A stretch of DNA of 64,000 bases. Origin: an uncultured Rikenellaceae bacterium (lineage in GTDB: Bacteria; Bacteroidota; Bacteroidia; Bacteroidales; Rikenellaceae). The stretch spans positions 4,704-68,703 of the forward strand of contig CAYJIL010000001.1 of assembly GCA_964370235.1 (NCBI GenBank), given 5' to 3'. Shown here one piece after another: positions 26,754 through 36,544 of the stretch. How positions within the stretch are numbered: the first letter of the stretch is position 1; the number at the start of each line of letters is the position of its first letter. The notes under the pieces were generated by a model. It saw only the letters and a program-made list of their open reading frames with translations, ran no database searches and had not been told where the DNA came from. The translations under genes were made by a program, and so were the position numbers.

Positions 26754-27245
26754 ATGAGGACAAGGAGATATATAGTTGCGCTTGTGTTGATGGTGATATA
26801 TTCGCTATCGATGGGGCATGCTATGTACCACCACCAGCTACACGCCATGCTCTCGGGCGACCATAGCCACGGCGTGTGTCTATGCCAAGAGAACGGTGCT
26901 TGCCCTTGCTCGCAAGAGAGCCACCACACCCACAACGATAACTGCAATCACGAAGCACAAAGATGCCACGATATTAGCAGCCAAACTAGCTGTGCATGTA
27001 TTGACCATATGCCTGATTCGCAGCACCGTTGCAATGCCGACAACGAGTTTATTCACTCCGAAAACAAGCTACGCCTATCGGTACCACAGGTTGATATTCT
27101 ACCTGCTTTGGTGTGTGCAGTACTGCAAATGGGCAACCTACAAAACAGTTATAAAACAGAGCTCGACACAGAGCCCCAAATTCCGATATACTCTATTCTA
27201 GTAGAGTCCGATAGCCCACTCAGGGCACCTCCTACAATCTCTTAA
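26754..27245 (+). CDS. Membrane-anchored His/Cys-rich protein (putative metal-binding, unknown family)
   Basis: The start is trimmed to MRTRRY, directly after a TAnnTTTG box. An N-terminal hydrophobic helix is followed by about 82 aa holding 14 His and 9 Cys, including CLC, CPC and CAC. It lies upstream of a TonB-dependent receptor and an HMA protein. Confidence 0.55.
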   Translation: MRTRRYIVALVLMVIYSLSMGHAMYHHQLHAMLSGDHSHGVCLCQENGACPCSQESHHTHNDNCNHEAQRCHDISSQTSCACIDHMPDSQHRCNADNEFIHSENKLRLSVPQVDILPALVCAVLQMGNLQNSYKTELDTEPQIPIYSILVESDSPLRAPPTIS

Positions 27246-27318
27246 TATACTAAAAATATAGTTAATGACACTTGGCACACTAGCCACGGTGTTTAATCGT
27301 GTATATTACAGAGAAATT

Positions 27319-29598
27319 ATGAAAAGATATATTTTAATCTTTTTGCTTAGTTTAGTATCTATATTTGAACTACAAGCAGAAAGTATAAGAGGAGTTGTAC
27401 TTGCCAAAGAGGATGGAAGTGCAACAAAACCACTAGCTGGCGCAATCGTTGGCTGGGCAGATAGCAATAGCGCTACAATTACCGATGGGAGCGGTGAATT
27501 TTCGATAGCATCAAACAAAACAACCAATTTATTAGTTGCCTCGTTTACGGGATACCTTAGCGACACTATCACTGTTACGAAGGGTGCAAAGGTAACCTTT
27601 ACGCTCACACCCGATGCACTAAGGGTAGATGATGTTATGGTACAAAACCGCAAAAGCAACGGCATTTCGGCTCAGGCGATGGAGAAAAAAGAGTCTATCA
27701 CCTTTGCAGGACTGTGCAAGATGGCGTGCTGTAACCTTGCCGAGAGCTTTGAGAATAGCGCATCGGTAACGGTGGGTTACTCAGATGCAGTGTCGGGAGC
27801 AAGACAAATCAAACTACTTGGATATTCGGGCACTTACACCCAAATGCTAGACGAAACTCGCCCTATAATGCGAGGTCTATCTAGCCCCTATGGGCTAGAG
27901 TACACACCCGGAATGTGGCTACAAGGCATACAAATATCAAAGGGTGTAACATCGGTAGTGAATGGTTACGAGGCACTAACGGGGCAAATTAACCTAGAGC
28001 ACCGCAAGCCAACAGACGAAGATCCGCTCTTTGTCAATCTGTTTTTGAGTGACGAGCTACGCACCGAGGCAAACATTACATCGGCGCACCAAATCAATAG
28101 CAAGCTATCGACAATAGTGCTTGCACACGTCTCGCAAGATCAGATGGAGATAGATCATAACGATGATGGATTTTTGGATATGCCACTAAAAAGACAGTAT
28201 AACCTAGCTAATAGATGGTTGTATGTAGCAGATAATGGCGTTCAAATTAGATATGGTATTCGTGGCTTGTACGAAAAGCGTGAGGGCGGAATGGTAGATT
28301 TTACATCTCGTGACTTTAACTCGCTTAGCAGCTATGGGTCGAGCATCGAGAACAAAGATTTTAACACCTACCTAAAGGTTGGTATCCCCGTAAAGCAAAA
28401 CACATTGCTAGAGGGCGAGGCAGGTTTTGAGGACGAAACCACATCGAACATAGCATTTGTGGCAGACTACGTGCTGCACGAGCAAGAGGCATTCTTTGGA
28501 ATTAAAGATTTTTATGGGCAGCAACATTCGGCATACCTTAATACGCTGTATCAAATTAACTTTGGAGCAAAGCACCAGCTCATTAGTGGTGCTACGTTCA
28601 CTGCCGATTTGTATGACGAGACCCTTGACGATAGATTTATTCCTAGCCCCGGTGCCGATATTAAGACAAATAGCTATATGCTAGATCGCAACCTTGTTAC
28701 TACGGGTCTATTTAGCGAATACACCTTTAAGCTAGACGATAAATTTAGCGCAGTAGCAGGTATTCGAGGCGACTATAACAACCAGCATGGCTGGATGTTT
28801 ACCCCACGTGGCCACATTAAATGGCAAATTACACCCGGCGGTACGCTACGAGCATCGGCAGGTGTGGGCTATCGTATTATGTCGCTAGTAGGCGATAATA
28901 TTAGTATGCTAGCTACGGGTCGAGAGATTTCGTTTGCCGAGAACCTTAACCCACTAGAGCGAGGTTTTACAGCAGGTGGATCATACACACAAACATTTAC
29001 ACTACTGGGCGACGAGGCGGCATCGATTAGCGTAGATTACTTTAGGAGCCAATTCTCCGATCAAGTTGTTGTTGACCAAGAGAGCGATTCTAAGCGATTT
29101 TTGCTTTATAACCTAGAGGGAGATTCATATACAAACACCTATCAAATAGATTTTAGCTGGGAACCACTCACACGACTAAACTTGTTTGCAACATATCGTT
29201 ATAACGATACTCGATTGACACTCAAGGATGGCATTGAGGTTGAGACTCCGCTAGTAGATAGATTCAAGGGGCTCGTGAATTTGCAATATGCGACCAAGTT
29301 TGACCGATGGATATTTGATGCTACGGCTCAAATAAACGGACAGAGCAGGCTACCTGTACAGGATGGTAATATTGCCGTATCGGAATATTCGCCCGTATAC
29401 CCAATGTTCTTTGCTCAGGTAACAAAAAAGTTTAAAAAACTAGACGTATATCTAGGTTGTGAGAATATTGGTAACTATCGCCAAGACAACCCAATACTAT
29501 CGCCAAGCGAGCCATTCTCTACAAAATTTAACTCTACTGTTGTGTGGGGTCCTATTATGGGGCGCAAATTCTATGCGGGGCTTCGATTTACGCTATAA
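27319..29598 (+). CDS. TonB-dependent receptor (carboxypeptidase-regulatory-like domain, plug and barrel)
   Basis: The start is trimmed to MKRYILIFLL (signal peptide). It has the N-domain IRGVVLAKEDG...ITDGSGEF and a plug block (ACCNLAESFENSASVTVGYSDAVSGARQIKLLG). The long beta-barrel ends in GLRFTL. Confidence 0.88.
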   Translation: MKRYILIFLLSLVSIFELQAESIRGVVLAKEDGSATKPLAGAIVGWADSNSATITDGSGEFSIASNKTTNLLVASFTGYLSDTITVTKGAKVTFTLTPDALRVDDVMVQNRKSNGISAQAMEKKESITFAGLCKMACCNLAESFENSASVTVGYSDAVSGARQIKLLGYSGTYTQMLDETRPIMRGLSSPYGLEYTPGMWLQGIQISKGVTSVVNGYEALTGQINLEHRKPTDEDPLFVNLFLSDELRTEANITSAHQINSKLSTIVLAHVSQDQMEIDHNDDGFLDMPLKRQYNLANRWLYVADNGVQIRYGIRGLYEKREGGMVDFTSRDFNSLSSYGSSIENKDFNTYLKVGIPVKQNTLLEGEAGFEDETTSNIAFVADYVLHEQEAFFGIKDFYGQQHSAYLNTLYQINFGAKHQLISGATFTADLYDETLDDRFIPSPGADIKTNSYMLDRNLVTTGLFSEYTFKLDDKFSAVAGIRGDYNNQHGWMFTPRGHIKWQITPGGTLRASAGVGYRIMSLVGDNISMLATGREISFAENLNPLERGFTAGGSYTQTFTLLGDEAASISVDYFRSQFSDQVVVDQESDSKRFLLYNLEGDSYTNTYQIDFSWEPLTRLNLFATYRYNDTRLTLKDGIEVETPLVDRFKGLVNLQYATKFDRWIFDATAQINGQSRLPVQDGNIAVSEYSPVYPMFFAQVTKKFKKLDVYLGCENIGNYRQDNPILSPSEPFSTKFNSTVVWGPIMGRKFYAGLRFTL

Positions 29599-29658
29599 CA
29601 AACACATATTTAGAATAGTAAACAATAAAAACATTCAAAAACTCAAATATAAAAAGCT

Positions 29659-29931
29659 ATGAAAAAGGTATTATTTATGTTGGTTGCAATGGCTACGGTT
29701 GCCACTCTAGCAGCAAAAGAGAAAAAAAGAGAGACTGTTACAATGAAAGTTAACTTGCATTGCGATAAGTGTGTTAACAAAATTGAATCGTCTATCCCCT
29801 TTGAAAAGGGAGTAAAAGATTTGGACGTAAACTTAGAAAAGGAGTGTGTGAGCGTAACTTATGATCCTGCAAAAACCGACTCTACAAAAATTGCAAAAGC
29901 AATTACAAAGTTAGACTTTAAAGTTGAGTAA
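29659..29931 (+). CDS. Exported heavy-metal-associated (HMA) domain protein
   Basis: 90-aa ORF with a signal peptide and a ferredoxin-like HMA fold carrying a CxxC site (VNLHCDKCVNKIE...VSVTYD). Confidence 0.8.
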   Translation: MKKVLFMLVAMATVATLAAKEKKRETVTMKVNLHCDKCVNKIESSIPFEKGVKDLDVNLEKECVSVTYDPAKTDSTKIAKAITKLDFKVE

Positions 29932-29939
29932 TAGACCAG

Positions 29940-29980
29940 TAGGCTAGCGAGTGGGCAACCATTCACTAGCCTATTTATTT
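29940..29980 (+). terminator. Hairpin terminator after the HMA gene
   Basis: 14-position stem TAGGCTAGCGAGTG / CATTCACTAGCCTA with one mismatch and one G-U pair, followed by TTTATTTT. Confidence 0.55.
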
Positions 29981-30044
29981 TAGTTGAAATATAACACAAA
30001 ACAAAAAAACACAAATTTTCATAGTATTTTAATACTAAAAGCGT

Positions 30045-30052
30045 TATCTTTG
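30045..30052 (+). promoter_or_regulatory. Candidate -7 box (TATCTTTG) for focA-pflBA
   Basis: Matches TAnnTTTG. It lies 57 nt upstream of the ATG at 30110. Confidence 0.45.
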
Positions 30053-30109
30053 CGGTTTAATTCCTATTGCTAAGTAGGAGCTATATTTTGTTTTAAGGAG
30101 AGGAAAGTA

Positions 30110-30892
30110 ATGTTACAACCTAGTGAAATAGTAGGTTATGCTGCAAAAGCGGCTAAAGTTAAAGGTGGGTATAATATAAGTAAAACACTTATACTCAGCT
30201 TTTTGGCAGGTGCACACATAGCAATGGCAGGCACAATTGCTATATTAATTGGCTATGGTTTCCCATCGCTAGCTGCCGAAAACCCCGGTCTTATTAAACT
30301 ATTGATGGGCGCAACATTCCCCGTTGGCCTTATGCTCGTCGTATTAACTGGTGGAGAACTATTCACTGGTAATACTGCATATTTTATTCCATCTGTCATG
30401 AATCATGAACAGAGATATACTAGGATGTTAAGAAACTGGGCGCTTGTATGGGGTGGAAACTTCGTAGGCGCACTTTTTTTTGGTTACTTTATGGTGCATC
30501 TACCACATGTGCTTGATGCAGAACCATGGCAAGCTGGAGTTGAAAAAATTGCATACGCAAAAACACATAATTCATTTTTTATCACAACCCTAAAAGGTAT
30601 TGGAGCCAACTGGCTTGTGTGCCTAGCAATGTGGCAAGGAATGGCATCACAAACAGTTTCGGGCAAAATAGCTGGTATTTGGTGGCCTGTAATGGTATTC
30701 GTAGCAGCTGGTTATGAGCACTCTATTGCCAATATGTTCTTTTTACCAATGGCTATGTTCTCGGGCGCTAGCGACATGAGCATTGCCGATATGTTTATCA
30801 AAAATCTTATACCTGCAACACTAGGTAATATAATAGGAGGGGCACTATTTGTCGGCATGGCATATTGGTATACCCTTGGACGCAAAAAATAA
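30110..30892 (+). CDS. focA: Formate/nitrite transporter family protein
   Basis: 260-aa polytopic ORF with FNT-family blocks (GGELFTGN; GYEHSIANMF). Immediately upstream of pflB. Confidence 0.9.
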   Translation: MLQPSEIVGYAAKAAKVKGGYNISKTLILSFLAGAHIAMAGTIAILIGYGFPSLAAENPGLIKLLMGATFPVGLMLVVLTGGELFTGNTAYFIPSVMNHEQRYTRMLRNWALVWGGNFVGALFFGYFMVHLPHVLDAEPWQAGVEKIAYAKTHNSFFITTLKGIGANWLVCLAMWQGMASQTVSGKIAGIWWPVMVFVAAGYEHSIANMFFLPMAMFSGASDMSIADMFIKNLIPATLGNIIGGALFVGMAYWYTLGRKK

Positions 30893-30929
30893 TAAATCTA
30901 ATATATTAACATAAAACAACTATATAAAG

Positions 30930-33170
30930 ATGAAGTATAATAAAGAAGCATGGGCTGGTTTCAAAGGCGGCGAGTGGCAACACGAGATTAACGTCAGAAA
31001 CTTTATCCAGACAAACTACACACCATATTGTGGTGATGATAGCTTTCTTGTAGAATCAACAGATCGCACAAAGGCAGTATGGAACAAGCTAACAGAGATG
31101 TTCAAAGTAGAGCTAGAGAAAGGTATCTACGATGCTGAAACTAAAATGCCATCATCTATCGACGGCTATGGAGCAGGTTACATCGACAAAGAAAACGAGG
31201 TAATCGTTGGTCTACAAACAGATGCTCCTCTTAAGCGTGCAATCTTCCCAAAGGGTGGATGGCGTATGGTCGAGAATGCTCTTAACTCTTATGGCTATGA
31301 GCTAGACCCTATGACTAAGGAGATATTTACAAAATATCGTAAGACACACAACGAGGGTGTATTCTCGGCTTACACAGCAGAGATGGTTGCAGCTCGTCGT
31401 TCGGCAATTATTACTGGTCTTCCAGACGCTTATGGTCGTGGTCGTATTATTGGTGACTACCGTCGTGTAGCGCTATATGGTACCGAAGTACTTATTGCAG
31501 ACAAGCGTTCTCAGCTAGAGCGTCTTGATATTCAAGGCATGACTGTTGAGATTATTCAGCAGCGCGAAGAGGTTAGCGAGCAAATTTCGGCTCTTAAGAG
31601 CTTTGAGAAAATGTGTGCGGCTTATGGTTTTGATGTAACTCAACCTGCTACAAACGCTCGTGAGGCGGTGCAGTTTGTTTACCTTTCATACCTAGCAGCT
31701 ACAAAAGACCAAGACGGTGCAGCAATGTCGATTGGTCGTACATCTTCTTTTGTTGATATTTATATCCAAAAAGATATTGACGCTGGTATTATCACCGAGA
31801 GCGAAGCACAGGAGCTTGTAGATCAGTTTATTATCAAGCTACGTATTATTCGTTATATGCGTACTCCTGAGTACAACGAGCTATTCTCTGGTGACCCAGT
31901 ATGGGTAACTGAGTCGCTTGGTGGCCAAGGTATAGATGGACGTACACTTGTTACACGTTCGTCGTTCCGTTACCTACACACACTATTCAACCTAGGCCCT
32001 GCACCAGAGCCAAACCTTACGGTTCTTTGGTCGGTAGATTCGCCACAAAACTGGAAGGATTTCTGTGCTAAGGTATCTATCAAGACATCGTCTATTCAGT
32101 ATGAGAATGACGACCTTATGCGCCCTGATTATGGTGACGATTATGGTATCGCTTGTTGTGTTTCGCCAATGAAGATTGGTAAGCAAATGCAGCTATTCGG
32201 AGCACGTGCAAACCTTGCAAAGTGTCTTCTATATGCTATTAATGGTGGTCGTGACGAAATTACAGGTGTTCAGGTATCGCCAGTATACAAGCCTATTACA
32301 TCGGAGTACCTAGACTACAACGAGGTAATGGAGCGCTTTAGACAAATGATGCGTTGGTTGGCTAAGGTATATGTGAATGCTCTTAAGATTATTCACTACA
32401 TGCACGATAAGTACTCATATGAGGCTTATGAAATGGCTCTTCACGATCTTGACGTTGAACGTATTAGAGCAACGGGTATTGCAGGTCTATCAATCGTTAC
32501 AGACTCGCTAGTTGCAATTCGTGATGCAAAGATTAAGGTTATTCGTGACGAGAGAGGTCTAGCAGTAGACTTTGAGCGTGAGGGTGACTACGTACCATTT
32601 GGTAACAACTGCGACGAGACTGACAATGTAGCAATTGAGATTACAGAGCAGTTTATGGAGTATCTTCGCCAGCACGAGACATACCGTAACGCTAAGCCTA
32701 CTCAGTCTATCCTAACAATCACATCTAACGTGGTTTATGGTAAGAAGACAGGTACTACACCATGTGGTCGTGGTAGCGGTACACCATTTGCTCCGGGTGC
32801 AAACCCAATGAATGGTCGTGACACATCGGGTGCGCTTGCATCGCTTGCATCGGTTGCGAAACTTCCGTTCCACCAAGCAAATGACGGTATCTCATACACA
32901 TTTGGTATTGCACCAGCTGCGCTAGGTAAAGATCTTGCAACTCGCATTAACAACATGGTTACGCTACTTGATGGTTACTTTACACCAAACGGTGGCCAGC
33001 ACCTAAATGTTAACGTGTTTGACAAGGAGCTACTTATCGACGCTATGGAGCACCCAGAGCTATATCCACAGCTAACAATTCGTGTATCGGGTTATGCAGT
33101 TAACTTTAACAGACTAACGCGCGAGCAACAGCTAGATGTTATCTCAAGAACAATCTCTAGCAAAATATAA
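30930..33170 (+). CDS. pflB: Formate C-acetyltransferase (pyruvate formate-lyase)
   Basis: 746-aa ORF with the active-site Cys pair (IACCVSPM) and the C-terminal glycyl-radical motif RVSGYAVNF. Confidence 0.97.
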   Translation: MKYNKEAWAGFKGGEWQHEINVRNFIQTNYTPYCGDDSFLVESTDRTKAVWNKLTEMFKVELEKGIYDAETKMPSSIDGYGAGYIDKENEVIVGLQTDAPLKRAIFPKGGWRMVENALNSYGYELDPMTKEIFTKYRKTHNEGVFSAYTAEMVAARRSAIITGLPDAYGRGRIIGDYRRVALYGTEVLIADKRSQLERLDIQGMTVEIIQQREEVSEQISALKSFEKMCAAYGFDVTQPATNAREAVQFVYLSYLAATKDQDGAAMSIGRTSSFVDIYIQKDIDAGIITESEAQELVDQFIIKLRIIRYMRTPEYNELFSGDPVWVTESLGGQGIDGRTLVTRSSFRYLHTLFNLGPAPEPNLTVLWSVDSPQNWKDFCAKVSIKTSSIQYENDDLMRPDYGDDYGIACCVSPMKIGKQMQLFGARANLAKCLLYAINGGRDEITGVQVSPVYKPITSEYLDYNEVMERFRQMMRWLAKVYVNALKIIHYMHDKYSYEAYEMALHDLDVERIRATGIAGLSIVTDSLVAIRDAKIKVIRDERGLAVDFEREGDYVPFGNNCDETDNVAIEITEQFMEYLRQHETYRNAKPTQSILTITSNVVYGKKTGTTPCGRGSGTPFAPGANPMNGRDTSGALASLASVAKLPFHQANDGISYTFGIAPAALGKDLATRINNMVTLLDGYFTPNGGQHLNVNVFDKELLIDAMEHPELYPQLTIRVSGYAVNFNRLTREQQLDVISRTISSKI

Positions 33171-33179
33171 TAACTAACA

Positions 33180-33890
33180 ATGAGAGTACACTCATTAGAG
33201 AGCTTTGGCACAGTTGATGGCCCCGGTGTAAGATTTATAATCTTTACACAGGGCTGCCCTCTGCGCTGCCTCTACTGCCACAATCCCGACACTTGGGATA
33301 GCAAAGGTCAGGCACGCCAAATGAGCCCACAAGAGCTTTTTAGCGAGGTATCAAAATACCGAGCATATATTGCCAAAGGGGGAGTTACCGTATCGGGTGG
33401 TGAGCCACTATTGCAGGCTAGCGAGGTGAGGGAATTGTTTGAGTTATGCCAAAAAGATGGGCTGCACACAGCACTAGACACGTCGGGAGCAATCCTAAAT
33501 GACGAGGTGAAGGAGCTGTTAAAGGTTACCAACTTGGTGCTTTTAGATATTAAATCCATAGATGTAGAGCGCAACCACAAAGTGAGTGGCGGTGGGTCGC
33601 TAGACCGAACTATTGCATTTTTGGACTACCTACAAAGCAATGGCATAGCAACATGGGTTCGCCATGTGGTTGTTAAAGGGTATACCGACAACGACAACGA
33701 CCTTGATGCTCTTGCAAAATTTATTGAGAAGTACAGCGTAGTGGAGCGAGTAGAGATTCTGCCCTACCATAGGCTAGGAGTTTCTAAGTATGAGGCACTA
33801 GGAATTGACTACCCTCTTTTGGGTGTCGAGGAACTCGAAGATGAACGAATCGAAGAGATAAAAGCCAAATTTACCCACTTGCAAAAGTAA
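33180..33890 (+). CDS. pflA: Pyruvate formate-lyase activating enzyme (radical SAM)
   Basis: 236-aa ORF with CPLRCLYCHN (CxxxCxxC) and a GGVTVSGGEP block. Confidence 0.95.
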   Translation: MRVHSLESFGTVDGPGVRFIIFTQGCPLRCLYCHNPDTWDSKGQARQMSPQELFSEVSKYRAYIAKGGVTVSGGEPLLQASEVRELFELCQKDGLHTALDTSGAILNDEVKELLKVTNLVLLDIKSIDVERNHKVSGGGSLDRTIAFLDYLQSNGIATWVRHVVVKGYTDNDNDLDALAKFIEKYSVVERVEILPYHRLGVSKYEALGIDYPLLGVEELEDERIEEIKAKFTHLQK

Positions 33891-33910
33891 TCATTGTTAT
33901 TATATACATA

Positions 33911-33951
33911 AAAAAGACCAACGAGTTTAAATGCTCGTTGGTCTTTTTTTT
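33911..33951 (+). terminator. Rho-independent terminator after pflA
   Basis: Stem AAAAAGACCAACGAG / CTCGTTGGTCTTTTT with an 8-nt loop, followed by a long T-run. Confidence 0.85.
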
Positions 33952-34189
33952 ATTACTATTCTATAATAAAATCTTGTGGAGTCACAATATTTATGGCAAG
34001 TTGCACCATAACGCAAAATTGAGAGGGCATTAAAAAGAAGATTATTATTTATAACATCGCACAACATGTAATCTTTCCCAAGTCATGTTTAGCTATACTT
34101 TAAACAGCTACGGTATGTGTAATTCGATTCTAATTTTACTTGGACTCTAGTATTTATTTACCTATTACAAACACAGAATGTAGCAGATA

Positions 34190-34223
34190 CAAAAAAAGAG
34201 GTTACCATAAATGATAACCTCTT
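34190..34223 (-). terminator. Rho-independent terminator after tRNA-His
   Basis: 9-bp stem AAGAGGTTA / TAACCTCTT with a 10-nt loop. On the minus strand it is followed by T7. Confidence 0.75.
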
Positions 34224-34225
34224 TG

Positions 34226-34300
34226 GGTGGACGAGCGGTTTCGAACCGCCGACCTTCAGAACCACAATCTGACGCTCTAACCAACTGAGCTACGCCCACC
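34226..34300 (-). tRNA. tRNA-His (anticodon GTG) with encoded G-1
   Basis: I folded the reverse complement GGTGGGCGTAGCTCAGTTGGTTAGAGCGTCAGATTGTGGTTCTGAAGGTCGGCGGTTCGAAACCGCTCGTCCACCC by hand. It has a 7-bp acceptor stem, a D-stem GCTC/GAGC, an anticodon stem TCAGA/TCTGA with loop TTGTGGT, and a T-arm GGCGG-TTCGAAA-CCGCT. An extra 5' G pairs with C73, which is diagnostic for tRNA-His. CCA is not fully encoded. Confidence 0.9.
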
Positions 34301-34340
34301 ATATAAACCCATCTTGATGGCAAAACCCTCAAAACGTTGA

Positions 34341-34348
34341 CAAAGATA
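34341..34348 (-). promoter_or_regulatory. Candidate -7 box (TATCTTTG) for tRNA-His
   Basis: Reverse complement of CAAAGATA. It lies about 40 nt upstream of the tRNA 5' end. Confidence 0.4.
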
Positions 34349-34494
34349 GAGAGAATATATATTATCTCCAAATTTTATTCGATTTTTGTGTTATTTTTTT
34401 TCGTGGTGCTCTAAAAATTTAGCCCAAATTAGCTCTATGTGAAATAAATAGCTGTATGATCGTTTTTTTAATGTAAAAATTATTAGAAAATAGC

Positions 34495-34502
34495 TACCTT
34501 TG
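34495..34502 (+). promoter_or_regulatory. Candidate -7 box (TACCTTTG) heading the 34583-52619 gene array
   Basis: Matches TAnnTTTG. It lies 80 nt upstream of the ATG at 34583. Confidence 0.4.
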
Positions 34503-34582
34503 CTCTGTTATTATTATAATAGGTGTATTGTGCCCACACTATTTTGGGGGCGTGCTATTATTGTAGTGTATATAAAGAATTT

Positions 34583-36544
34583 ATGATTACAAAAGACAAG
34601 ATAAAGAGAGCATTAGAGGCTCTATGGCAGGTGGTATTGGTAGTAGCTGCCTTTTACTCGTGTGCATCGCCAGCTGCACCACAAGGTGGCCCAAGAGATT
34701 ATGATCCACCAAGGATAATAGTTGAAGTACCATCTAACTATACAACCAAATTTGATTATAGTAGAGTAATTATCGAATTTGACGAGTACATAAACCTAAA
34801 AGATCAGCAAAAAAATATCATTATTTCGCCACCAATCACCCCTAGGCCAACTTTTACGATCAAGGGGCGCTCGGTAGTTATCGATATTGAAGCAAAGCTA
34901 GACTCGGCAACCACCTACACAATTAACTTTGGTAATGCAATTGTTGACAACAACGAAGGAAATGCACTTAACGACTATACCTACGCATTCTCGACAGGCG
35001 AAACGGTTGATTCGCTAGTTATGTCGGGGCTTGCAGTCAATGTAGAGACGGGCGACACGCTTATTGGCGCACTTGCACTACTATATAACAGCGTGCCCGA
35101 CACCACTTGGGAGGGACAAGGCGAACTAGACTCAACGCTGTTTCTATCGAAAGTAATGGCAGTTGCACGCACAGACTCTAACGGTGTATTCCTTGCCACA
35201 AACCTCAAAGGTATAGACTACAAAGCGTATGTGATATTTGACAGCAACGGTAACAATAGCTACGAGCCGGGCGAGGAGCTAGTGGGAATAATGGATTCGA
35301 CCCTTAACCCTCTACGCATGAAGTCCTTTAAGGTGTGGTATGACCCCTTGCGCCGTAAAATATCGGCAACACCACAGGTTACCTTTAAGCTATTTGGCGA
35401 AAAGCCAATGTATAAGCAAAACTTAGCCAATTCGGCGAGACAGTCGATGAGAGAGTTCTCGCTAGAGTTTTCGTCGGCAGACCCAGTTATCGACTCGCTT
35501 GTTATAGACTCGGTATATAACGATAGCCTAATTGTGCAACGCTCACAGTTTGGCGATACGATTAAGTACTGGATAGATATGCTACACGTACCCGACACAC
35601 TAAAGGGACGAGTAGTGTACCACACAACCGACAGTATTGGTGGCGATACTGCTGTATCAAAAGCATTTAACCTCACATACACAAAGCCGCCTAAGCGCAA
35701 AAGAAACGAAGATGAGGATATGCCAAAGGTTAACCCATTCTCGGTAAATACTAGCGTATCTAAGCTAGTGAGCCCCGAAAAAGAGATTAGCTTTACGTTT
35801 GCATACCCACTTACGATGTTAGACTCAAGCCGCATTGTTCTAAAAGAGGAGATAGCCCAAAAGATGCCCGAGAAGATGACTCGTGAGCAGCGAGAACGCT
35901 TTGAGGCAGCTAGCAAAGGGCCCAAAGAGTACAGAGACAAAGCATTCAACATTGTGAGAGATAGTGCCAATATACTAGTGTGGCACTTGCGCACACAGCT
36001 AAACGAGGGGCTAGAGTATCAGCTAACGATACCCGACAGTGTGTTTGTGAATGTTCAGCGAGAGAAGAACGACACTTTGCGAGCATCGTTCACTACCCTA
36101 TCTAGCGAAAATTCGGCTATGATGAGGCTAAATCTAAAAGGCGATTCTACAAGGTTCTTTATTATGGATCTTTTGGACAAGAACAACAATATTGTAGTTA
36201 AACGCAAGTTAATTAAGGTGGGAACACACGAAATTAAGTATATACCAGCAGGCGACTACAAAATTCGATTTACCGAAGACCTTAATGCCAATGGTGTGTG
36301 GGATACAGGTTCGCTAGTTGAGTCACGAAATGCCGAACGCATTGCATTTATGAGCGACAAAGAAAGCGGCACTTCGCTTTTCACCACTCGTGATAACTGG
36401 GAGATGGAGCTAGAGATAAACCTAGATGAGCTAATCCCAATATTGGGCAAACAAGAAGACACAGAGCCCACAACACAAGAACAAGAGGCAGAAAAGATAG
36501 AGGAGGTAGAAGAGGCAGCAGAAAAGATAGAAGAGAATGAATAG
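34583..36544 (+). CDS. Ig-like (Big_5-type) domain lipoprotein, function unknown
   Basis: The start is trimmed to MITKDK. It has a lipobox (AAFYSC) and an N-terminal block GGPRDYDPPRII...FDEYINL typical of Bacteroidota Ig-like lipoproteins. The C-terminus is acidic with a repeated AEKIEE. Confidence 0.6.
   Translation: MITKDKIKRALEALWQVVLVVAAFYSCASPAAPQGGPRDYDPPRIIVEVPSNYTTKFDYSRVIIEFDEYINLKDQQKNIIISPPITPRPTFTIKGRSVVIDIEAKLDSATTYTINFGNAIVDNNEGNALNDYTYAFSTGETVDSLVMSGLAVNVETGDTLIGALALLYNSVPDTTWEGQGELDSTLFLSKVMAVARTDSNGVFLATNLKGIDYKAYVIFDSNGNNSYEPGEELVGIMDSTLNPLRMKSFKVWYDPLRRKISATPQVTFKLFGEKPMYKQNLANSARQSMREFSLEFSSADPVIDSLVIDSVYNDSLIVQRSQFGDTIKYWIDMLHVPDTLKGRVVYHTTDSIGGDTAVSKAFNLTYTKPPKRKRNEDEDMPKVNPFSVNTSVSKLVSPEKEISFTFAYPLTMLDSSRIVLKEEIAQKMPEKMTREQRERFEAASKGPKEYRDKAFNIVRDSANILVWHLRTQLNEGLEYQLTIPDSVFVNVQREKNDTLRASFTTLSSENSAMMRLNLKGDSTRFFIMDLLDKNNNIVVKRKLIKVGTHEIKYIPAGDYKIRFTEDLNANGVWDTGSLVESRNAERIAFMSDKESGTSLFTTRDNWEMELEINLDELIPILGKQEDTEPTTQEQEAEKIEEVEEAAEKIEENE

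Noticed and set aside
26818-27201. 127-aa ORF in an alternative plus frame overlapping the His/Cys-rich ORF
   Set aside because: It has no promoter box or hydrophobic N-terminus, and its Thr/Ala-rich translation has no features. The 26754 frame has the anchor helix, the start next to a -7 box and the striking His/Cys pattern. The double-open frame does lower my confidence in the His/Cys ORF, and I say so there.
34165-34371. 68-aa minus-strand ORF from the track
   Set aside because: It is read straight through the tRNA-His gene and its terminator (34190-34300). It is a translation artefact of a structural RNA locus.
35260-35994. 244-aa antisense ORF inside the Ig-like lipoprotein gene. Similar long antisense ORFs lie at 20665-21114 (in ruvA), 8764-9198 (in rpoN), 56507-56929 (in nqrB) and 7313-7699.
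   Set aside because: These are Ser/Leu/Cys-rich low-complexity translations with no motifs, promoter boxes or start context. They lie entirely within confidently assigned genes on the opposite strand. This is the typical stop-poor antisense frame of biased coding sequence.
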